A stretch of 5,613 bases of DNA from the IMG/VR virus record IMGVR_UViG_3300045988_015716; one strand, 5' to 3'. This document shows, one piece after another, positions 1-3,736 of the stretch (position 1 is the stretch's first letter; the number at the start of each line of letters is the position of its first letter). A program made the position numbers and the translations under genes. This DNA is from a virus. The notes under the pieces are model-generated. The model had not been told where the DNA came from, made no database searches, and was given only the letters and a program-made list of their open reading frames with translations.

Positions 1-79
1 AAACAAAAGATATGCTTGGTAGGACAGACGTGCCATACGAAGACTATCTAAAAGCAAAAGAACAAGCAGTAAAAAAAAC
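1..79. repeat. Terminal redundancy, left copy (identical to 5535-5613); signature of a circular assembly
   Basis: Base-by-base comparison: aaacaaaagatatgcttggtaggacagacgtgccatacgaagactatctaaaagcaaaagaacaagcagtaaaaaaaac occurs at both ends of the window. Confidence 0.95.
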
Positions 80-104
80 ACGCAGGGCTATGGGTAAAAT
101 CTAA
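1..104 (+). CDS. 3' end of the VP4 replication-initiator gene (continuation of 4619..5613 across the circular junction); first full codon at 3, stop TAA at 102-104
   Basis: Position 1 equals position 5535. The frame of the 4619 ORF continues as TKDMLGRTDVPYEDYLKAKEQAVKKTRRAMGKI*. The joined gene (4619-5534 plus 1-104) is 1,020 nt, i.e. 339 aa plus stop. Confidence 0.9.
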   Translation, partial: TKDMLGRTDVPYEDYLKAKEQAVKKTRRAMGKI

Positions 105-113
105 TCTGGTGTC

Positions 114-168
114 AGTCCGCCAAGTACCTAACAAGGCAATACTTGGCGGACTTCTTTATATTATATTT
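114..168 (+). terminator. Strong hairpin plus T-rich tail, 10 nt after the VP4 stop; candidate intrinsic terminator or ssDNA structural element
   Basis: Perfect 13-bp stem: agtccgccaagta (114-126) pairs with tacttggcggact (140-152), with a 13-nt loop. It is followed by tctttatattatattt. The loop is large for a classic terminator, hence moderate confidence. Confidence 0.45.
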
Positions 169-227
169 GTTGTAGTCGTAGTAGTAGAGTACGTTGAAAA
201 GTTGAAAACAACAATTTTACAACATAG

Positions 228-254
228 ATAAATTATTTTTATATAAAATTATAT
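228..254. other. 27-nt pure A/T tract between iteron clusters 1 and 2 (possible DNA-unwinding element)
   Basis: ataaattatttttatataaaattatat contains no G or C. It is flanked by GTTGAAA clusters. Confidence 0.5.
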
Positions 255-299
255 GTTGAAAGAAATGTTGAAAAATTGTTGAATTGTTGAGAATATGAC

Positions 300-327
300 A
301 AGTTGCACAAAAAGCATTGTGCAACTT
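300..327. promoter_or_regulatory. 11-bp perfect hairpin between iteron clusters 2 and 3; candidate origin stem-loop
   Basis: aagttgcacaa (300-310) pairs with ttgtgcaactt (317-327), with loop aaagca (311-316). The 3' arm plus downstream sequence reads CAACTTTATGTTGAAAAC (322-339). Confidence 0.6.
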
Positions 328-392
328 TATGTTGAAAACTTGTTGAAAGTGTTGAAAGTGTTGAAAACACGCCTGCAGCGGGCATCTGTGGG

Positions 393-426
393 ATTTGTCA
401 AAAGTCACAAGTGACCCTTGACAAAT
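393..426. promoter_or_regulatory. 34-bp nested palindrome overlapping the -35 element (operator-like, or an ssDNA hairpin)
   Basis: atttgtcaa (393-401) is the reverse complement of ttgacaaat (418-426). An inner palindrome gtcac-aa-gtgac lies at 404-415. 14 of 16 possible pairs form. Confidence 0.55.
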
Positions 427-446
427 CGCACAGAAACAAGTAAAAT
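418..446 (+). promoter_or_regulatory. Near-consensus sigma70-type promoter driving the peptidase and downstream genes
   Basis: TTGACA (418-423), a 17-nt spacer, then TAAAAT (441-446). The predicted transcription start near 453 lies just before the SD AAGGAGG (454-460) and the ATG at 468. Confidence 0.55.
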
Positions 447-467
447 AGACCATAAGGAGGCGATAAA

Positions 468-854
468 ATGTTAATCTTCAGAATGAACAGCGACAGCCAA
501 GAAAAAGTAGAAAAACACTTCAAAGTAAAAGAATTTGCATGTAAAGACGGAAACGACCTGGTATTGATTGACGAAAAATTGGCAAACCTACTGGAAAACA
601 TTCGAGAACATTTTGAAAAGCCTGTCCATATCAATTCAGCATTCAGAACAGAAAGTTGGAACGATGCAGTTGGAGGCCGTAGATACAGCAGACATTTAGC
701 AGGAGAAGCGGCAGACATTTGGGTTAAAGACGTAAAGCCGCATAACGTAGCTTTATACGCCGACAGCGTACTAGGTAAAACAGGTGGAATCATCTGCTAT
801 ACAAATTTTGTGCATATTGACGTTAGAAAATCGTATTACAGAAAGGGGGTATAA
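468..854 (+). CDS. Zinc peptidase of the M15 family (Peptidase_M15_3 / YcbK-MepK-like peptidoglycan peptidase), 128 aa; probable lysis enzyme
   Basis: SD AAGGAGG at 454-460. Motifs match the family: SAFR-x5-N-x3-GG-x4-S-x-H-x6-D (SAFRTESWNDAVGGRRYSRHLAGEAAD) and GGIICYTNFVHIDVR. Inferred zinc ligands are H76, D83 and H116. No signal peptide or TM segment is present. Confidence 0.85.
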   Translation: MLIFRMNSDSQEKVEKHFKVKEFACKDGNDLVLIDEKLANLLENIREHFEKPVHINSAFRTESWNDAVGGRRYSRHLAGEAADIWVKDVKPHNVALYADSVLGKTGGIICYTNFVHIDVRKSYYRKGV

Positions 855-855
855 A

Positions 856-963
856 ATGGCAATCATCAGAGTAAAAGACTTGCAGGAGGCTTTAAAGCTC
901 ATCAAGCAGGTGCTGGAAATGATGGACAAAATTTACCACGCAGTTGTCAAAGAAGAGGAGTAA
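856..963 (+). CDS. Hypothetical small protein, 35 aa (MAIIRVKDLQEALKLIKQVLEMMDKIYHAVVKEEE); absent from the ORF track
   Basis: ATG at 856 lies 6 nt after the G-rich SD GGGGG (845-849) and 1 nt after the peptidase stop. Its TAA (961-963) forms part of the next gene's SD region. It exactly fills an otherwise noncoding gap in a compact genome. I recognise no similarity. Confidence 0.4.
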   Translation: MAIIRVKDLQEALKLIKQVLEMMDKIYHAVVKEEE

Positions 964-975
964 AGGAGAAAAACA

Positions 976-1197
976 ATGAAACATTGGAACGTGCGAGACC
1001 AGACCACAGAAACATTAGAGAACCTCTTGATGAGGAAATATACAGAAATCAAAAACGATGCAAAAGCGGCAACCATGGCCGCAACAATCGAAGAGGCGAA
1101 ATATTACATTGAAGCAAAATTTCGAGCAAAAGCATTTGCAAATGAAATCGAAATCGAGCTGATAAGACGGAGGATAAACGATGGGCAAGAGAAGTAA
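976..1197 (+). CDS. Hypothetical protein, 73 aa, predicted all-helical and charged; function unknown
   Basis: SD AAGGAGA at 963-969 lies 6 nt before the ATG. The ORF is co-oriented and tightly packed, and its 3' end overlaps the next gene by 17 nt. No recognisable motif. Confidence 0.6.
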   Translation: MKHWNVRDQTTETLENLLMRKYTEIKNDAKAATMAATIEEAKYYIEAKFRAKAFANEIEIELIRRRINDGQEK

Positions 1198-1300
1198 GGT
1201 TTACCACAAAAAAGACGCAAAGATCTTCAATAAGACCGCAAAGAAAACCAAAACCATCAACCTGTCACCCAAAGCAATGCGGGGCGGCACTCGGCTGTAA
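1181..1300 (+). CDS. Small highly basic DNA-binding/packaging protein, 39 aa (gokushovirus VP8-like, analogous to phiX174 protein J); absent from the ORF track
   Basis: SD GGAGGA at 1169-1174 lies 6 nt before the ATG. The product is MGKRSKVYHKKDAKIFNKTAKKTKTINLSPKAMRGGTRL, with 10 K, 3 R and only 1 acidic residue. The C-terminal ...MRGGxRL resembles the conserved end of gokushovirus VP8 proteins as I recall them. Confidence 0.6.
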   Translation: MGKRSKVYHKKDAKIFNKTAKKTKTINLSPKAMRGGTRL

Positions 1301-1313
1301 AGGAGAAAAAACA

Positions 1314-1556
1314 ATGAAACGCAAATTTTACGCAATCTATGATAAGCTGGCAAGCCGTTACACCTACCTTTTCGAGTCTGAAAACAACATGACGGCGACC
1401 CGTCTTTTTCAGGGTGAAGCGGCACGAAAAGACGGCGTGATTAACAACAACCCGGAAGACTTCAAACTTTATGCCGTTGGCGAGTTTGACGACATCAACG
1501 GCGAATTTGCAAACCACTCTGAGAAAGTATGTGACGCAATCAAACAGGAGGAGTAA
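1314..1556 (+). CDS. VP5-like nonstructural protein, 80 aa (gokushovirus VP5, proposed protein C analogue)
   Basis: SD AGGAGA at 1301-1306. It sits immediately upstream of VP3, as in gokushoviruses. The pattern F-x-I-x-D-K...A-x-R-x-F...NPEDFxLYxVGEFDDxxGEF matches my recollection of the VP5 family. Confidence 0.65.
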   Translation: MKRKFYAIYDKLASRYTYLFESENNMTATRLFQGEAARKDGVINNNPEDFKLYAVGEFDDINGEFANHSEKVCDAIKQEE

Positions 1557-1557
1557 C

Positions 1558-2022
1558 ATGGAGTTTTACAGTGCATTCAATCCGCCTAAAAGCGAACCAA
1601 CGTGTGCAGGAGAAAAAACACGAAAAACTTACAGATGGGCCGAAAACGAAAACGGCGAAAAAGATCTGGTGGAAGACGAAGAAATCAACATCGCAGACGA
1701 GATTGAAAGTTACCATGAAGAAACCAAAATCAGCAACATCATCCGACGAGCAACATTTGACGTAAACGCCGCAAACATGCTTCTCGGCGATAACGGCAAC
1801 AACGGCGCAGACATGACGACAATGCCGGAAAACCTGATGGAAGCGCAAAACATTGTTGTAAAGGCCAAACAGGCATATGCGAACCTAACGCCAAAACAGA
1901 AAGCAGAATTCAACGGAATGAGCGACTTTATGAGAAGCGCAGGGACAGAAGAATGGGCCAAAAAGCTGGGCTTCATCACCGAAAAACCGGCAAAGGAGGA
2001 GCCAGTAAATGAACAGAAATAA
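1558..2022 (+). CDS. VP3 internal scaffolding protein, 154 aa
   Basis: The true start is taken as ATG 1558, with SD AGGAGGA at 1546-1552 and 1 nt after the VP5 stop, rather than the track's 1471. The protein has an acidic centre. The C-terminal ...MPENLMEAQNIVVKAKQAYANLTPKQKAEFNGMSDFM resembles the conserved VP3 motif (MP..x..EAQN...F..LP...R..F.N.P..F). It lies directly upstream of VP1 and overlaps it by 14 nt. Confidence 0.75.
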   Translation: MEFYSAFNPPKSEPTCAGEKTRKTYRWAENENGEKDLVEDEEINIADEIESYHEETKISNIIRRATFDVNAANMLLGDNGNNGADMTTMPENLMEAQNIVVKAKQAYANLTPKQKAEFNGMSDFMRSAGTEEWAKKLGFITEKPAKEEPVNEQK

Positions 2023-3700
2023 CGAAAGACATTTCAACAACATTCCGCAGATGAAGACAAGCCGAAGCCGTTTCAAGATGAAGCAGGACATCAAGCTCAC
2101 ACTGGATGCAGGCAACCTTATTCCATTTTACGTAGCAGAAACGTTACCGGGAGACACTTTCAGCGTAGATACCAAGGGCATTTGCAGAATGGCCACGCCA
2201 ATCTATCCGGTGATGGATAACTGCTATCTGGACATCTATTACTTCCATGTACCTATGCGAATTGTATGGGACCACGCAAAACAGTTCTTCGGTGAAAACG
2301 ACAGCACACCATGGACACAGCAGACAGAATACAAAATCCCAAAACTCAAAATCCAAGGAAGCGAAGGAGCAAAAACTGACCAAAAAATTCCACACGAGGG
2401 AAGCATTGCGGATTATTTCGGAATTCCAATCAATCTTACAACCGAAAAAGGTCTTAATGTAAAAGGAGAAATTAACGCACTACCGTTTAGAGCTTATGCC
2501 AAAATCTGGAATGAATGGTTTCGAGACCAAAATGTAGACAACCCAGCAATCTGCCCAACTGGAGACGATACAGAAAGAATGGCCATCGGAGGAGAATGGG
2601 GAAAACTCACAAAAAACGACATTCTTAAAAATGCATACAAAGGTTCAGAGCCACTGTGGGTAAATAAGTTCCATGACAGGTTCACAAGCGCTTTGCCGTT
2701 CCCTCAAAAAGGCGAAGCAACGCTAATTCCAATGAGCGGAAACGCACAAGTATATCTCGGACAAAACATCGGAGACAAAAGTACCGACACAATCTATCTC
2801 CGAAATTACACAAACAACATTCAGGGTGACCAAGTAGCACAGGCGTACAACATGAACGGAAACGCAGTGCTGAAAGGCGCACAAAGCAAAACAGGAGAAT
2901 CATTAAGCGTAAGCAACAACCTTTATGCAGACCTCAGCAACGTAACGGGAGCAACCATCAATGATCTTCGTCAAGCCTTTGCGGTGCAACAGTTCATGGA
3001 AGCCGATGCTAGAGGCGGCACACGTTACCGGGAAATCATCCGCAATCATTTTGGAGTGGACATCGACGATAAAACCGTACAAATCCCAGAATATTTGGGC
3101 GGTCAGCGGTACATGATTAACGTCAATCAGGTCGTACAGACAAGTGCAACAGACAGTAAGAGTCCACAGGGCAACGCCGCCGCAATCTCCGTGACGCCGT
3201 TTATGGAAAACAGCTTTACCAAGAGCTTCCAAGAGCACGGTTATGTAATTGGCGTATGCTGTATCCGAAATGATAACACGTATCAGCAGGGCATTGAAAA
3301 GCTTTGGAGTCGAACCGAAAAATTTGACTTCTACTGGCCAGAATTTGCACATCTAGGAGAGCAGGCAATCCTTAACAAAGAAATCTATGTACAGGGAACC
3401 GAAGACGATGAAAAGGCGTTCGGCTATCAGGAGGCATACAGCGAATACCGAATGACGCCTAACCGTGTATGCGGTGCATTCCGAAGCAACGCCACACAGT
3501 CGTTGGATGCATGGCACTATGCAGACAACTACAAAAGCCTTCCGACATTGTCGCAGGAATGGCTTGCAACGGACAAATCCGTCATTGACCGAACAATTGC
3601 AGTGCAGAACCAACCGCAATTTATCATGGACGTACTTGTAGAAAACGACGCAGTCAGACCCATGCCAATCTACGGCACGCCAGGTCTGACCAAACTGTAA
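2009..3700 (+). CDS. VP1 major capsid protein (Microviridae F/VP1 family), 563 aa
   Basis: SD AAGGAGGA at 1993-2000. The N-terminus SRSRFKMKQDIKLTLDAGNLIPFYVAETLPGDTF and the block INDLRQAFAVQQFMEADARGGTRYREIIRNHFGV are hallmark conserved microvirus capsid motifs. The size is typical of gokushovirus VP1. Confidence 0.95.
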   Translation: MNRNNERHFNNIPQMKTSRSRFKMKQDIKLTLDAGNLIPFYVAETLPGDTFSVDTKGICRMATPIYPVMDNCYLDIYYFHVPMRIVWDHAKQFFGENDSTPWTQQTEYKIPKLKIQGSEGAKTDQKIPHEGSIADYFGIPINLTTEKGLNVKGEINALPFRAYAKIWNEWFRDQNVDNPAICPTGDDTERMAIGGEWGKLTKNDILKNAYKGSEPLWVNKFHDRFTSALPFPQKGEATLIPMSGNAQVYLGQNIGDKSTDTIYLRNYTNNIQGDQVAQAYNMNGNAVLKGAQSKTGESLSVSNNLYADLSNVTGATINDLRQAFAVQQFMEADARGGTRYREIIRNHFGVDIDDKTVQIPEYLGGQRYMINVNQVVQTSATDSKSPQGNAAAISVTPFMENSFTKSFQEHGYVIGVCCIRNDNTYQQGIEKLWSRTEKFDFYWPEFAHLGEQAILNKEIYVQGTEDDEKAFGYQEAYSEYRMTPNRVCGAFRSNATQSLDAWHYADNYKSLPTLSQEWLATDKSVIDRTIAVQNQPQFIMDVLVENDAVRPMPIYGTPGLTKL

Positions 3701-3710
3701 GAAAGGAGAA

Positions 3711-3736
3711 AGCCCGGGAAACCGGGCTAATTTTAT
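3711..3736 (+). terminator. GC-rich hairpin with GNRA tetraloop plus a short T tract between VP1 and VP2; weak terminator/attenuator and/or RBS-bridging structure
   Basis: agcccgg (3711-3717), loop gaaa, then ccgggct (3722-3728): a 7-bp stem with 6 G:C pairs. It is followed by aattttat. Confidence 0.45.

Larger units (their letters stand above)
193..367 (+). repeat. Iteron-like array: 10 same-orientation copies of (T)GTTGAAA in three clusters
   Basis: GTTGA starts at 193, 201 | 255, 267, 278, 286 | 331, 342, 351, 360. Spacing within clusters is 8-12 nt. Three tandem 9-mers (T/G)TGTTGAAA lie at 340-366. Degenerate copies occur at 168-174 (TGTTGTA) and 301-307 (AGTTGCA). By eye there is only one other full GTTGAAA in the genome (4444-4450, inside VP2). 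Confidence 0.9.

Noticed and set aside
70-79. A AAA AAA slippery heptamer (A8 run) near the end of VP4 as a programmed -1 frameshift site
   Set aside because: A -1 shift would only swap the last few residues before a nearby stop (…KKNTQGYG*). No downstream stimulatory structure lies at the right distance. The run is more relevant as a homopolymer sequencing-error risk at the assembly junction.
202-296. Extra promoters using the repeated TTGAAA as -35 boxes (e.g. TTGAAA 202-207 with TAGATA 225-230; TTGAAA 268-273 with TGaGAATAT 288-296)
   Set aside because: The -10 elements are poor and no gene follows before the much better promoter at 418-446. They may contribute to RNA polymerase recruitment, but I cannot support them as discrete promoters.
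193-367. CRISPR array interpretation of the short repeats
   Set aside because: The repeats are only 7-9 nt long and the 'spacers' 0-4 nt within clusters. This is far from CRISPR repeat/spacer dimensions, and no cas genes are present.
295-414. 39-aa + strand ORF inside the intergenic region (MTSCTKSIVQLYVENLLKVLKVLKTRLQ...)
   Set aside because: Its leucine-heptad look comes directly from the GTTGAAA repeats. There is no usable SD, since GAGA lies only 2 nt from the ATG. It also runs through the hairpin and the palindrome.
217-453. 78-aa minus-strand ORF across the intergenic region
   Set aside because: Its sequence (FQHFQHFQQVF... FQHFFQH) is simply the translated reverse complement of the GTTGAAA repeats. 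It has no SD and lies on the wrong strand for a microvirus.
398-793. 131-aa minus-strand ORF antisense to the peptidase gene
   Set aside because: It has no SD and a Cys/Phe/Leu/Ser-rich composition typical of the antisense of an A-rich coding strand. It lies opposite a gene with clear family motifs.
817-845. TTGACG (817-822) as an internal promoter ahead of orf35
   Set aside because: No acceptable -10 hexamer lies 16-18 nt downstream.
1471-1557. N-terminal extension of VP3 (the track's start at 1471 gives 183 aa)
   Set aside because: The extension lies wholly inside VP5 in another frame and has no SD. The ATG at 1558 has a perfect AGGAGGA SD and follows the VP5 stop by 1 nt.
1571-1765. 64-aa very lysine-rich ORF (GTG start) overprinted on VP3 in the +1 frame
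   Set aside because: The Lys richness is the expected by-product of reading GAA/GAC/AAA-rich acidic VP3 codons out of frame. It has a non-ATG start and only a weak GGAG formed by the VP3 start region. It could only be rescued by conservation in relatives or by Ribo-seq data.
2247-2462. 71-aa + strand ORF overprinted on VP1
   Set aside because: It has no SD, no hydrophobic or recognisable motif, and lies within the conserved N-terminal part of the capsid gene. It is probably a chance ORF.
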